A stretch of DNA of 64,000 bases from the human T2T-CHM13v2.0 reference genome, Homo sapiens. A program made the position numbers and the translations under genes. Below, piece after piece: positions 11,876 through 25,321 of this stretch (its first letter is position 1; every line of letters begins with the position of its first letter). Location of the stretch: assembly GCA_009914755.4 (NCBI GenBank), contig CP086569.2:12992001-13056000 (forward strand), given 5' to 3'. Under the pieces are notes generated by a model. It had not been told where the DNA came from. It ran no database searches and worked only from the letters and a program-made list of their open reading frames with translations.

Positions 11876-13004
11876 TAAATTTAGCAGGGACACAAGTCAG
11901 TCCATAAGTGGTAGGTAGGGAGGTAGAGCAGTGAATGAACAGCGTTTCTACTGGAAATGCCCCAAGAAGAAAGGTGATGTTTGCCATTGTCCTTCTAGGT
12001 CACCTCTCCTAGATTCTAGCACCTTTCTGTGGTCACACCAACTGATGGGCTAGAGAGTCACCAGTTACAAGCTAGATAAATGCTGTACTTAGACCAGGTC
12101 TTTATGATACAAAATAATAGACGACTGTGGATGTTTAAATTATTGTGTCCAACCTCTACATGGTCTCCCACAATGAAAGTGATTCTGAGCCCTTTGAAGC
12201 TCCAGAATCCATGGCTAGACCTTCATGTAGGGATTGGTGTCATCCAATCAGATTTAGGAGAAAAGAGTGAGGTCCCTGCAGAAGAGGGACTGCAGCCTCC
12301 AATGCCTTCAGACTCAAGCTGCAACATCAGTCCTTCCCTGGGTCTCCAGCTTGCAGGTGGCTCTCATCCATTCTTTCTGACTGCTGTGTAATATTTCATA
12401 GTGTGAATAGTCAATTGTAGGAATCAGAATTCAAAGATGGCTGCCAAGACTTTGGGCCCTGATGAGCACACAGATTGTTCAGTCAAACATGAATCTGGGT
12501 GTTACTGTGATGGGATTTTGCAGACATCGTTAATGTTCCAAATAAGTGGACCCTAAGAAAGGGAGCTTGACCTAATCACATGAGCTATCTAAACCTGGGC
12601 CTAGAGTCAGACACAGGGAAGTCAGACATCCAAAGTAGCAGTGAAATTCCCCTGATGACTTTGCAGATAAAAAAACTGCCATGTTGTGGAAAGGGCCATG
12701 GGGCCACTACCTGTAGAAGCTGAGAATGGCTCTGGCTAACAGCTAGAAACATGTTGGAGACACACTCCTTCAGCCTCTAGGAACTCAATTCTGCCAACAA
12801 CCAGGGAGCTGAGAAGAAGGCACCCAGCTTCAGATGACACTGCAACCCTGACAACACATGATTTCAGCCTGGGGAGACCCTCAGTAGAGAACTCAGCCAG
12901 GACATGTTCAGATATCTAATGTATAGCACTCTGAGATGATAAATGGGGATTGTTTCAAGCCACCAAGTTTATAATTTGTTATGTAGTAGTAAAAAATACA
13001 CACA

Positions 13005-13600
13005 ACCAATGTGGTGATTCCTCAAAGATCTGGAACCAGAAATACCATTTGATCCAGCAATATCATTACTGGGTATATACCAAAAGGATCATAAATCATT
13101 CTGTTACAAAGATACATGTGTGCATATTACTATTCACAATAGCAAAGACATGGAATCAATCCAAATGCCCATCAATGATAGACTGAATAAAGAAAACATG
13201 GTACATATAAACCATGGAATACTATGCAGCCATGAAAAGGAATTGTCCTTTGCAGGGACATGGATGGAGCTGGAAGCCATTATCCTCAGCAAATGAATGC
13301 AGGAACAGAAAACCAAACATGGCATGTTCTCACAAGTGGGACAGAAACAATGAGAATGGACACAAGGAGGGGAACAATATATACTGGGAACTATTGGGGG
13401 AGCAGGGGGAGGGAGAGCACCAAGAAAAATAGTTAACACATGCTGGGCTTAATACCTAGGTGTTGGGTTGATAGGTGCGGCAAACCACCATGGCACACAT
13501 TTACCGATGTAACAAACCTGTACATCCTCCACATGTACCCTAGAAATCAAAATTAAAATTAAAATTAAAAAAGAGAAAATGCATAAAAGCATAAAAAAGT
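13005..13600 (+). mobile_element. L1PA 3' end (ORF2 C-terminus + 3'UTR + A-rich tail)
   Basis: ccaatgtggtgattcctcaaagatctggaaccagaaataccatttgatccagc...caatagcaaagacatggaatcaatccaaatgcccatc...ggcaaaccaccatggcacacatttacc..., then (AAAATT)n/A-rich tail. Confidence 0.85.
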
Positions 13601-13867
13601 CTACCAGTCTGTCTGCTGGACCTATCTAATAAATCTAGTATTATAAGAAGATCCATAGATTTTTCAAGCCATCTAAGAGTATTTTGTAAATCATGGCTTG
13701 GTGCCCGAGACTATTGTGTTCTTTCAGAAGTTCAGATTTTGGCTTGTTATTTGATTGAGGAAAACTTCTACTATTCACCTGCTTTATATTGTTAATTTAG
13801 ACTTGAGTATCAGTAAAGTATATCAGTTTCTGAAGGGCATGTGGCATGTGAGGAAACTTTTTCTGCA

Positions 13868-13987
13868 GACATGAGATCTCATTACATTGCCTAGGTTGGT
13901 CACGAAATCCTGAGCTCAAGCGATCCTCCCACCTGAGTTTCCCAAAGTGTTGGGATTAGAGGCATGAACCAGTGCACCCAGCCAAGA
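13868..13987 (-). mobile_element. Alu fragment (left monomer, antisense)
   Basis: gatcctcccacctgagtttcccaaagtgttgggattagaggcatgaaccagtgcacccagcc. Confidence 0.8.
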
Positions 13988-14164
13988 TAACTTTTGAGGT
14001 GACTTATAAGAGGCTGTGGAAGAATTTTATTTTAGAATTGTCTATTTTATTTATTTCTGAATTATCACTATTATTATTATAATCATTATTATTTTGTATT
14101 TGGTAAGGTTATATTTGATTTTGTAAATATGTTTATATTCCATATGTTTTATAAAGGGAAAACT

Positions 14165-14462
14165 GGCTGGGCTCAGTGGCTCAAGCCTGTAATCCCAGAA
14201 CTTTCGGATGTCAAGGCAGGAGGATCACAAGGTCAGGAGATTGAGACCATCCCAGCCAACATGGTGAAACCCCGCCTCTACTAAAAATACAAAAAGAAAT
14301 TAGCTGGGCATCGTGATGGGTGCCTGTAGTCCCAGCTATTCAGGAGGCTGAGGCAGGAGAATGGCGTGAACTTGGGAGGCGGAGCTTGCAGTGAGTTGAG
14401 ATTGCACCACAGCACTCCAGCCTGGGCAACAGACTGAGACTCAGTCTCAAAAAAAAAAAAAA
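14165..14462 (+). mobile_element. Alu element (AluS-like) with A-tail
   Basis: ggctgggctcagtggctcaagcctgtaatcccag...gcactccagcctgggcaacagactgagactcagtctcaaaaaaaaaaaaaa. Confidence 0.9.
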
Positions 14463-14521
14463 GAAGAAGTAGAAGGAGAAGGAGAAGGAGAAGATTACAA
14501 GAAAAAAAAAAATCAATGCTG
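14463..14521 (+). repeat. (GAA/GGA)n microsatellite from an Alu tail
   Basis: gaagaagtagaaggagaaggagaaggagaag...aaaaaaaaaaa. Confidence 0.85.
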
Positions 14522-14606
14522 CTAAAAGAGAATACATTGATGCTATGATGCTTAATCCTTATTTTTAATAAGTTACTTTTTGAATATTATTGCTGTCGTA
14601 CCTTCA

Positions 14607-14930
<324 letters not shown>

Positions 14931-15289
14931 AAGGAAAAAAGTAAAATGTAGAAGAACACATAAAGTCAGCAGGGCCAGTTCACATGAAGTAATGCACCAA
15001 CCATTACCACTAAGACATCTCAAGACATAATCATAATATTAGCCAACAAATAGGACTTTTCACTAGTAGGATGCTTTCTTCATTTCTATGTGCAGGGGTA
15101 GAGAACATAGCCTTATGGTGTCTTCTAGTTCTCAAATTTCATCTGCAATTCCATACTTTAGCCAATGGGGAATTGCTAAAACATTTTGGAAATGAGAACT
15201 GGCAAGAGCAAAACAGCAATTTAGGAAGACTGATCTATGAAGATCCCATCAAATAACTTTGTGGATGGAGACAGTGGAGGGCATGGGGT

Positions 15290-15555
15290 CTACATCTGTT
15301 TTGTGTTGCTATAGCAGAATACTCAAGACTTGGGTAATTTATAAAAAACAGAAATTTATTCCTTCAGTTCTGGAAGCAGGAAAGTCAAAGATCAGGGTGA
15401 TGGCATCTTGCAAGGACCTTCTTGTGGCATTCTCCCATGGTGGAAGGGAGAAGAGCAAGAGAGGAACCAAGCTCCCTTTCTCTCATTTATTTTATTAATC
15501 TGCTCATAAAGATGAAGCCCTCATGACTTAAACATCTTCCAAAAGCCCCACCCCC
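15290..15555 (-). mobile_element. MaLR-like LTR remnant
   Basis: tgttgctatagcagaatactcaagacttgggtaatttataaaaaacagaaatttattccttcagttctggaagcaggaaagtcaaagatcagg... Confidence 0.45.
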
Positions 15556-15572
15556 AAGCACTGAAGATTAAG

Positions 15573-15877
15573 GGGTTTTGTTGTTGTTGTTTTGAGATAC
15601 TGTCTCACTCTGTCACCCAGGCTAGAGTGCAGTGGTGCTATCTCAGCTCACTGCAGCCTCTGACTCCTGGGTCCAAGCTATTCTCCTGCCTCAACCACCT
15701 GAGTAGCTGAGGTTACATGTATGAACCACCATGCCTGTAGTTTTTATATTTTTAGTAGAGATGGGGTTTCACCATGTTGTCCAGGCTGGTCTTGAACTCC
15801 TGACCTCAAGTGATCTGCCTGCCTCAGGCTCCCAAAGTGCTGAGATTACAGGCATGAGCCACTGTGCCCAGCCAGGA
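15573..15877 (-). mobile_element. Alu element (antisense)
   Basis: gttgttgttgttttgagatactgtctcactctgtcacccaggctagagtgcagtgg...cccaaagtgctgagattacaggcatgagccactgtgcccagcc. Confidence 0.9.
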
Positions 15878-16104
15878 TAAAGTTTTAACATATACATTTT
15901 GGGAGATACATTCAGACCATGGCACAGGGTAACTTCTTAGAAATTGATCATGTGTGATCTTGACATTTCAAGTGTGGGCATCTGGACATAATTATTAGCA
16001 CTCAAAAATTATAAAGGGGATTGTCTGGTTTAAAGAAGTGTGGTCATCACCATTCATGTTTAGTTGAAGAATATTGAAAATATCAAAAATAATAATACAT
16101 TCTC

Positions 16105-16378
16105 ACTAGGCTCATGTTTATAATCCCAGAACTTTGGTAGGCTGAACCAGGAGGATCATTTGAGACCAGGAATTTGAAGTCTGCCTGGAAAACACAGACA
16201 CCTAGTTTTTTAAAAAAGTTTTTTTAAAAAAAACTTATGAAGGAGTGGTGACATACACCTGTAGTTTTAGCTAGTTGAGAGGCTGAGGCCAGAGGATAGC
16301 TTGAGTTCTGGAGTTCCAGGCTGCACTGAACTATAATTGTGTCACTGCAATCTAGCCTGTTTCACAAGAAAAGAAACC
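16105..16378 (+). mobile_element. AluJ-like (old, diverged) element
   Basis: gctcatgtttataatcccagaactttggtaggctgaaccaggaggatcatttgagaccagg...cctgtagttttagctagttgagaggctgaggccagaggatagcttgag... Confidence 0.7.
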
Positions 16379-17342
16379 CTAATTTTATCAGCAAGGTCAA
16401 ACAATTTATTTAATTGTGGAAGCATACATAGTAATAATGAAGAAATAATCTAATCAGGACACAGTTTAATCAAACTCCTTAGATGTCTGGCTTCTTTAAA
16501 AAAATAACCTGAAGTGTACCCAAGTTTGATTCTGGAAAATATGATACTTTCTTTTTATAAAAACAGGACTCAGATATCTCTTTATGTCAGAGATGGATGC
16601 CAAATATATCTAGAAAACAATATTTTGATGAGTTAGCTATAAATTTAAAAATAGAAATAAAATCATCTACTTATAACATTTTAAGAAAATCTGAAGAAAA
16701 TAGTTCTTTGCAAAATTTGTTTTGTGTTTGACAGAAGTGAAATGTTTGAATATATTTGGTTCACTCTAATCAGTAAGATTTAACAACTTCTATCATCTAG
16801 TACTATTTTCCAAGAAAAACAAAATAATTTCATATTATCCAGGACAGCATTTTTCTAACATAAAAAGTCATAGGACTGCAGGTTAAAATTAAGCTTTTAC
16901 TTGAAATCTCTTATTCACATTTTTATTTCAGGTGTCTTCTGATATTCGTTTAAAAAATGTAAAGATGACAATGAGCATGAGTTTTTAAAATGCTAGTTAC
17001 AATAGTTGCAATCTTAACAAAATGGTCTGGGTTGGAATTATTTACTTCAGTAGAGACAATGAAATGATACAAGAATAATAGCTGAAGAAGTCTTAGATAT
17101 GGCTTGCTTTTCTATTTGATGTAGATGGAACCTGACCCTCAGAGACGCTCATGTCACCGCAGAGATAAGAAAAAAAAAGAATCACAAGCTTTTTCAATTC
17201 ATGCTACATCACTAAGTCACTCATGAATTACAATAATCCCCTCTTATCTTTAGTGTTACTTTCTGCAGTTTAACTTATCATGGCAGACTGAAGTCTGTAG
17301 ATATTAAATGGAATATTCCAGAAATAAACAATACATTTTAAT

Positions 17343-17909
<567 letters not shown>

Positions 17910-18678
17910 TAAACTAGGACCAGATGAATCGAAGGGGTTAAATCTCACTGTTTAGAGTGAACCAAATATACTCAAACACTTCACTTCTGCCAAACATAAA
18001 ACACATTTTGCAAAGAATGATTTCCTTCAGGTTCTCTTAAATTTTGCACTAGGGCCATTTTAGTTCTATGTTCTTACATTTAGAGTTACTCATCAAAATA
18101 TTGTTTTCCAGATATCTTTGATGTCCAAGAGACATTTGGGTTCTGTTTTTACAAAGGAGAACATCCCATTTTCCAGAATTCATGCTACATCACTAAGTCA
18201 TTCATCTCACTTCATCTCATAATGTTCATTCTGTAGGCTTTTATCATTGCATATCATCACCGAAGAAAGGTGAGTAAAATGCAGTAAGAAATTTTGATGG
18301 AAAGAGACCACATTTATACAACTTTTATTATGTCATATTGCTATGATTGTTCTATTATGAGTTCTTGCAATTCATCTCTTAGTGTGCCTAATTTATAAAT
18401 TAAATTTCATCATGAGTTTATTTGTGTAGAAAAAACCTAGTATATGAAGGGTTTGGATACTATCCACACTTTAATGCATTCATTGGGGGTCTTGAAACAT
18501 ATGCCCCTGAAGACAAGAAAGAACTGTAGCACTGAAATACTCAAAAAGGCCAGTCACAGATGCTGAGTTTAACATTCATGTTCTTAGTCATGATATACTT
18601 AGTGAATCAACACTATTTCCATTTCAAATTCTACTGTTGAATTATTTGCCACTTTCGCCATTAAAAGTAATAGCAACA

Positions 18679-18976
18679 GGCCAGGTGCGGTGGCTCATGT
18701 TTCTAATCCCAGCACTTTGGGAGACCAAGACGGGTGGATCATGAGGTCAGGAGATCAAGACCATCCTGGCTACCACAGTGAAACCCTATCTCTACTAAAA
18801 ATACAAAAACTGAGCTGGGGGTGGTGGTGGGCACCTGTAGTCCCAGCTACTCAGGAGGCTGAGGCAGGAGAATGGCATGAACCTGGGAAGTGGAGCTTGC
18901 AGTGAGCCGAGATCACGCCACTGCCCACCAGGCTGGACAACAGAGCAAGACTCCGTCTCAGAGAAAAAAAAAAAAA
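18679..18976 (+). mobile_element. Alu element with a roughly 16-bp TSD
   Basis: ggccaggtgcggtggctcatgtttctaatcccagcactttggg...gtctcagagaaaaaaaaaaaaa. Flanks aaagtaatagcaaca (5') and aaagtaattgcaaca (3'). Confidence 0.9.
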
Positions 18977-19001
18977 GTAATTGCAACAACCGCAATGCCT
19001 T

Positions 19002-19296
19002 TTTTTTTTCCTTTTTTGAGATGAATTCTCATTCCATTGCCCAGGCTGGAGTGTAGTGACACAATCTCACTCACTGCAACCTCTACCTCCTGGCTTCAAG
19101 CAGTCTTCCAGCCTCAGCCTCCCAAGTAGCTGGGACTACAGACACACGACACCACACCCCAGCTAATTTTTGTATTTTTAGTAGAGACGGGGTTTCCCAT
19201 GATGGCCAGGCTTGTCTCGAACTTCCGAGTTCAGGTAATCCACCCATCTTGGCCTCCCAAAGCACGGGATTACAAGCCTAAGCCACAACTCCTGGC
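19002..19296 (-). mobile_element. Alu element (antisense)
   Basis: ttttttttttccttttttgagatgaattctcattccattgcccaggctggagtgtagtg...cccaaagcacgggattacaagcctaagccacaactcctggcc. Confidence 0.9.
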
Positions 19297-19799
19297 CAAA
19301 AACTGCAATGATTTTTGCAACAACCTAATAGTTTTTGTTCATCTCAAAACAAACTTCACACAATGGTTATAATTCCTAGATTTCAGTTCACTGTCTTCCT
19401 CAGCTTCCTCCCTTAGAACTCTATGGTTTTTAACCTAAATGTACTGCAGAAACCTAAGAGCTACAGAGAAAATAGCACTACATATTCTTTCAACAGCTCT
19501 TCTGGGCTTCCAATGAATAATGACTTTATACCAAAAAAATCATCTGAGTTTTTATGAAAAAGTTGGAAGGAAATGGAGAATGAGAAGATTGGTGACTTTT
19601 CATTTAAAATTTATTTCCTTGGAATGTTATGTGTTGCGAGAAATCTCAAATCCTGTTTTTTCAAGTGAAAAAAAGGGAGATAAGAGAAGTGGGGTGAAAA
19701 AAGACTTTAGAGAAGATAGAATCAGTGTCAGCCATATCTTCTTCCCCAGTGGAGAAGAAATCATCTCTTTTAAAATCCATGTGCTATAATGAGAACACA

Positions 19800-20026
19800 G
19801 GCCAGATTTTGTGTAGCAACACATTTTCTGGCCACATCAATTCCACTTTTGAGACTTTGGGACTTGGGCTGAGCCACTATTGTCTTCCTACTTCCTCAAC
19901 TTGCAGATGGCCTATTGTGGAACCTCACCTTGTGATCGTGTGAGCCAATGCTCCTTCATAAACTCTCTTTTATATACACATAGATCCTATTAGGTTTGTC
20001 CCACTGGAGAACACTGACTAATACAC
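19800..20026 (+). mobile_element. Ancient LTR-like repeat 3' end (family unresolved)
   Basis: Ends ...gatcctattaggtttgtcccactggagaacactgactaataca, resembling the conserved 3' terminus of old ERVL/MaLR LTRs. Confidence 0.3.
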
Positions 20027-20939
20027 AAACCTACTTAGCAAAAAAAATAGTCTAGTTAAGAAAGCAGAACAGTGCATTATATAATGCAGATTACAAATGC
20101 TATTGACTGGCTTATGGTAGACTTTCATGTTAGTGGACTTTCAATGTACTATTTGAGGGCTTCCTGTTTTCCTGAACTTCTCCAAATATAAACACATCTT
20201 CAAACAAAGTGAATCTGTATTTGCTTCTTCCTAGGTAGTTAAAGAATCAGCGCTTTTCTCTGGAGTCAGTCTTCTTACTGACATTAATTCTTCATCTACT
20301 TTGTTATTTGCAGTGTGTCTGTAAACTTCATAAAGAGAGTGAATGTGTCATCCATGTGATCATTGTATTCTTGGCCCCAAGCAAAATGTCTATGGCAGAG
20401 AAGGTTCTCTGAAAACAGATTATTACAAAAATAAACAGAAAAGCCTTATAATATCCTGGTACTGAACTGAATTTAGGAATGCTAAGCCATCCTGCAGAAA
20501 ACATTAAATGAGTCTTAAAAAAATCTGCTGTAATGGAAATCCCAAAACTTTTCTTAGTTGTCCATTATGATAGAAACTTAATTCTCGATTTAATTCTCTC
20601 CCACATTATCCTGAGGTTTAGCCAGAGCTCATATTTCATAATGATGTCAAGTCATAAAGAAGAGACTGTATTATTACACACCCATTAACCAATTTAAACA
20701 CAGCTCTTTTATGATTAAAAACAGCTATCAACATAGCATTTGACTCTTACCTTTTAAGAAGAACCCATTGCATTTCATGGTGAACCCTCCTGAACCTAGT
20801 GGATTGTATGAGAAGCCCCTTTAGCCAGAAAAAGAAGTGAATTCTGGAGTCAAACATCTACAAAATGATGCTCTGTCCATTGGGAATTCTTCTTGTATTG
20901 TAGATACCTCTTTGTATGCATAGATAGAATGGTTGTATC

Positions 20940-21500
20940 TACAAACCTTAAAACAAAATTCTAAGTCCCCTCCCCTTGAGATCTGATTGGACTCTTCCTC
21001 TGGGCAAGCGCATTCCATTTTTCAGGAATAATCTGAAAAATGTGTTCAGGCCATGAAGGGGAAGTTGGGCATCCCTCATGATACCCTCCTCCATTTTGGA
21101 ATTACTGAAAGAACAGACTCTAATAAGGAACATTTACAGTTTATTCTCTGAAGCCTGTTACCTGGAGGCTTCCTCTGCATCATAAAACCTAGGTCTCCAC
21201 AGCCCCTGACCGTAACCCAGACATTCCTTTCTATCGATAATAATTCTTTCAACCAATTGCCAGTCGTAAAATCTTTAAATCTACCCATGACCTGGAAGTT
21301 CCCACTTCAAGTTGTCCTGCCATTCTGAACCGAACCAATGGACATCTGATACGTATTGATTAATTTCTCATGTCTCCCTAAAATGTATAAAACCAAGCTG
21401 TAGCCCGACCACCTTGGGCACACATTCTCAGGATCTCCTGAGGCATGCGCATCCTTAACCTTGGCAAAATAAACTTTCTAAATTGCTTGAAACCTGTCTC
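20940..21500 (+). mobile_element. Class-I ERV LTR fragment (3' portion: U3 end, TATA-like, poly(A) signal)
   Basis: cccatgacctggaagttcccacttcaagttgtcctgcc...atgtctccctaaaatgtataaaaccaagctgtagcccgaccaccttgggcacac...ccttggcaaaataaactttctaaattgcttgaaacctgtctcag. Confidence 0.5.
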
Positions 21501-22084
21501 AGAAAATTTTCATTTGCATATCCATGGATGGAAGTGGATTCAAATCCACATTAGTAACCAGAGGTGTGGATTGAGGTCAGGACTCTTGTTGGTTTCCATG
21601 AAGATCTCCTGCACCTTATCCCCCCTCTTTCCCCATCCTCCAATCCTAGGTTTCCTCTCTTCAATCTTTAGACATAGATTAGATTGTGTCATCTGCTCAC
21701 CTCTGGACAAATGATGGGAACACAACAAACTCTCTGGATTATTCCAAACAGAACATTCCCCAGAGCTGACATAGGGATGATGTGTGCATGTACATGTACA
21801 GGACTCCAGTAGGAAAAACAAAAGAATGGCTGATAAACAAAGCTCCTTCTCTCTAAAGTTATTTGGTTAGAGCACTTCATAACTATCTACTTTCCAGGGA
21901 ACTCCCAGGTAATTGAGGAGAACCCTTAGGGCCTTATTTAAAGAATTTAGATATTGTTGAACATGTGGGACATGGTTTAAGAGGAAAATGTGATATGAGT
22001 AATCACACATCTTATCTTGCTTTGGTTTAAGAAGTAGGATCCCCATAATTACTCATTTTCTATTCTGAATATTACCACAAAGTG

Positions 22085-23182
22085 GTCTCCATTCAGACCC
22101 CAAGAGAAGGATTTTGGACCTCATGTAAGGAAGAATTCAGGGTAAATCTATAGAGCAAAGTGAAAGCAAGTTTATTAAGAAAGTAAAGGCATGGCCAGGC
22201 ATGGTGGCTCATGCCTGTAATCCCAACACTTTGGGAGGCCAAGGCAGGTGAATTACCTGAGGTCAGCGTTCAAGACCAGCCTGGCCAATGTGGCGAAACT
22301 CTGTTTCTACACAAAAATTACCTGGGTGTGGTGGGGCACACTGTAGTCTCAGCTACTTGGGAGGCTGAGGCAGAATCATTCAAACCCAGGAGGTGGAGGT
22401 TGCAGTGAGCCGAGAGAGCGCTACTGTACTCCAGCCTGAGTGACAGAGCAAGACTCTATCTCAAAAAAAGAAAAAAAGAAAAGGAGTAAAGAATGGCTAT
22501 TCTATAGGCACAGCAGCAGCTTGGTCTGCTGGACAAAGGATACTTATAGTTATTTATTGATTATATGCTAAACAAGGGGTGGAATATTCATTATTTTTCT
22601 GGGAAAGGGGTGGACAATTCCCAGAACTGAGGGTTTCTCTCCCTTTTAGACCATATAGGGTAATTTCCAGATGTTGCCATAGCATCTGTAAACGGTCATG
22701 TTGCTGGTGGGAGAGTCTCTTAGTATGCTAATGAATTATAATTAGAGTATAAAGAGCAGTGAGAATGACCAGAGATTGCTTTTGTTTCCATCTTGGATTT
22801 GGTGGCTTTTGGCTGGCTTCTTTACCACATGCTGTTTTATCAGCAAGACCTGTATCTTGTGCCAGCCTCCTATCCCATCCTGTGACTTAGAATGCCTCAC
22901 CTCCTGGGAATGCAGCCCAGTAGGTCTTGGCCTCGTATTACCCAGACCATATTCAAGATGGAGTCGCCCTGGTTCAAACACCTCTGACATGAGTACTTTC
23001 CTTAGATCCCTCCCTCCTACCAATAAATGAAGGCTTTCTCAGTACAAGGTGGACGCTCCTCATCTGAAAATCCAAAATCCAAAATGTTCTAAAATCTTTA
23101 ACTTTTGGAATGCTGACCTGACATCGGATTTTCTGCATGTATGGCTGAGAGACTGACAACTTACACCTTTGCTTCCTCTTTC
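22085..23182 (+). mobile_element. Class-I ERV LTR fragment (5' portion), interrupted by an Alu at 22193-22482
   Basis: gaccccaagagaaggattttggacctcatgtaaggaagaattcagggtaaatctatagagcaaagtgaaagcaagtttattaagaaagtaaagg [Alu] ...gattatatgctaaacaaggggtgg...gaccatatagggtaatttccagatgttgccatagcatctgtaaacggtcatg...cctgggaatgcagcccagtaggtcttggcc...caagatggagtcgccctggttcaaacacctctgaca. Confidence 0.5.
22193..22482 (+). mobile_element. Alu element inserted into the ERV LTR
   Basis: ggccaggcatggtggctcatgcctgtaatcccaacactttggg... with tail aaaaaaagaaaaaaagaaaa. The flanking agtaaag(g) is duplicated. Confidence 0.9.
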
Positions 23183-23485
23183 ATTTTTTTACTTTCTTTC
23201 AGACAAGGTCTCACCCTGTTTCCCACCATGGCTGTAGTGCAGTGGTGTGACAATAGCTCACTACAACCTCCACCTCCTGGGTTCAAGAGATCCTCCCACC
23301 TCACCCTCCTAAGTAGCTGGGACTACAGCTGTGTACCATCACACCATGCTAATTTTTGCATTTTTTGTTGAGATGGGATTTTGCAATGTTGCCTGGGCTG
23401 GTCTTGTACCCCTGGGTTCAAATGTTCCACCCACCTTGGTCTCCTGAAGTGCTGGGATTACAGGTGTGAGCTACCACACCCAGTC
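23183..23485 (-). mobile_element. Alu element (antisense)
   Basis: tttttttactttctttcagacaaggtctcaccctgtttcccaccatggctgtagtgcagtggtgtgac...ctgaagtgctgggattacaggtgtgagctaccacacccagtc. Confidence 0.9.
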
Positions 23486-23557
23486 AACCTTTTCTTTCTG
23501 ATGTTTCAGTATAAACAAACTTTGTCTCATGCACAAAATTATTTAAAAATTTTGTAT

Positions 23558-23840
23558 AGGTTGGGTGCAGTGGATAATGCCTATAACCCCAGCACTTTGG
23601 GAGGCTGAAGTGGGAGGACAGCTTGAGCTTAGGAGTTTGAGACCAGCCTGGGCAACATAACAAAACCCCATTTCTGGAAAAAATTAAAAATATAGGCCTG
23701 GTGGCATGTGCCTGTAGTCCCAGCTACTGGGAAGGCTGAGGTTCAAGGGTCACTTGGGCCCAGGAGATTGAGGCTGACATGAACTGTGGCTGCACCACTG
23801 CACCACAGCTCGGGTGACAGTGAGATCCTGACTCTAAAAG
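23558..23840 (+). mobile_element. Alu element
   Basis: aggttgggtgcagtggataatgcctataaccccagcactttgggaggctgaagtgggagg...gcaccactgcaccacagctcgggtgacagtgagatcctgactctaaaag. Confidence 0.9.
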
Positions 23841-24468
23841 TATAATGATGATAATAATAAAAATAACAGTATTGTATATGAAAATGTATACAATACAATA
23901 GTCTATGTGTTTAAAGTATATATTAAACATAAATTAATTTTATGCTTGTACTTATGTCTTATCCCCAAGACATCTCCTTATGCATATGCAAATATTCCAG
24001 AAACTGAACAAATCTGAGATCTGCCACTGCTTCTGGTCCCAAGCATCTCAGATAAGGGAAACTCGGCATGTGGTAGTGAAAATGCTAAGTGTAGGTGGAG
24101 GATGTCTTGCTTTCCATGAGATGGTGCATTCTGAAGTGGACATAAGCCCAGGTGGGACTCTGGGCATCCCAACGATGGAATTTCCCCACATTCCTACTCA
24201 TGGCCCTCACCCCATGTCTTCTTTAGAGTTTTCTGAGCATCAGGGAAATCCGATGTAACGGCAATCATCAGCACCCATCCCTTGCAAATAACACAAATAA
24301 CCTCATCTGCCTATCATCTCACCAGATGCCACTTGTCCCAGGATGAGCTGACATGCCACTTCTGCAAGGAACACAGCATTGTTGATGCTAAAAATGGCGA
24401 AACAACAAAATGAAAAAATCTTGCTTCTTCTTAAACTCCTCTTGAAAAACTAAATCAAACCTGTGAGT

Positions 24469-24790
24469 CTGGCAGGGCATGGTGTCTCAAGCCTAGAATC
24501 CAAGCACTTTGGGAGGCTGAGGCTGGTGGATCACTTGAGATCAGACTGAGGCTGGTGGAGTTTGAGACCAGCCTGGGCAACATGACAAAATGCAGTCTCT
24601 ACTAAAAATACAAAAATTAGCTGGACATGGTGCCAGGTAGCTGTAGCCCTGGCTACTTGGAGGGCTGAGGTGGGAGAATCACTTGAGCCTGGGAGGTCAA
24701 GGCTCTAGTAAGCCATGAATGTGCCACTGCACTCTAGCCTGAGCAACAGAGCAAGATCCTGTCTCAAAACAAACAAACAAACAAACAAAA
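24469..24790 (+). mobile_element. Alu element with a (CAAA)n tail
   Basis: ctggcagggcatggtgtctcaagcctagaatccaagcactttgggagg...cactctagcctgagcaacagagcaagatcctgtctcaaaacaaacaaacaaacaaacaaaaa. Confidence 0.9.
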
Positions 24791-25321
24791 ATCCTGTGGA
24801 TCATCCTGTGGGGTGCTGTGATCATGACTCTAGGATATGAGACAGATATGTACCTTGACCACCAATAATCCCATTGCCACCATGGGCAACATGCAAATGA
24901 AGGGACTCTGAAGCTGGCTAAGAATTTTGTTCTTGAAGCTATGATTGCAGATGACTGGAGGAGGAATCATAACAGTAATAATAATAATAATAACTCTTGA
25001 CTTCAAAGGATCAGGCAAGAAAAAAGAGAGTTCTACAACAGCAGAAGTTTCTTTGCATTAAGCTGTTGGGAGGGAGGACTGGAGGGAGGGAGGACAGCCA
25101 TCTCCATTGCTGCTGCATGGTACAGCTTAGGCTATCATCACCAGGTGTTTTATTCCCCATACACTAGTAAACTGAACTTTGCAACGACAAATATTTGTGG
25201 GAAGAAAAGGATTTTAAAGATAGAAATTGAAAACAACAACCTGGGTCAGAGGAGTGAGAAATCTACATCAATTCAAATGCAGAGGACATCCCACCCAGTG
25301 TTCACTGGTAAATCAGAGAGG

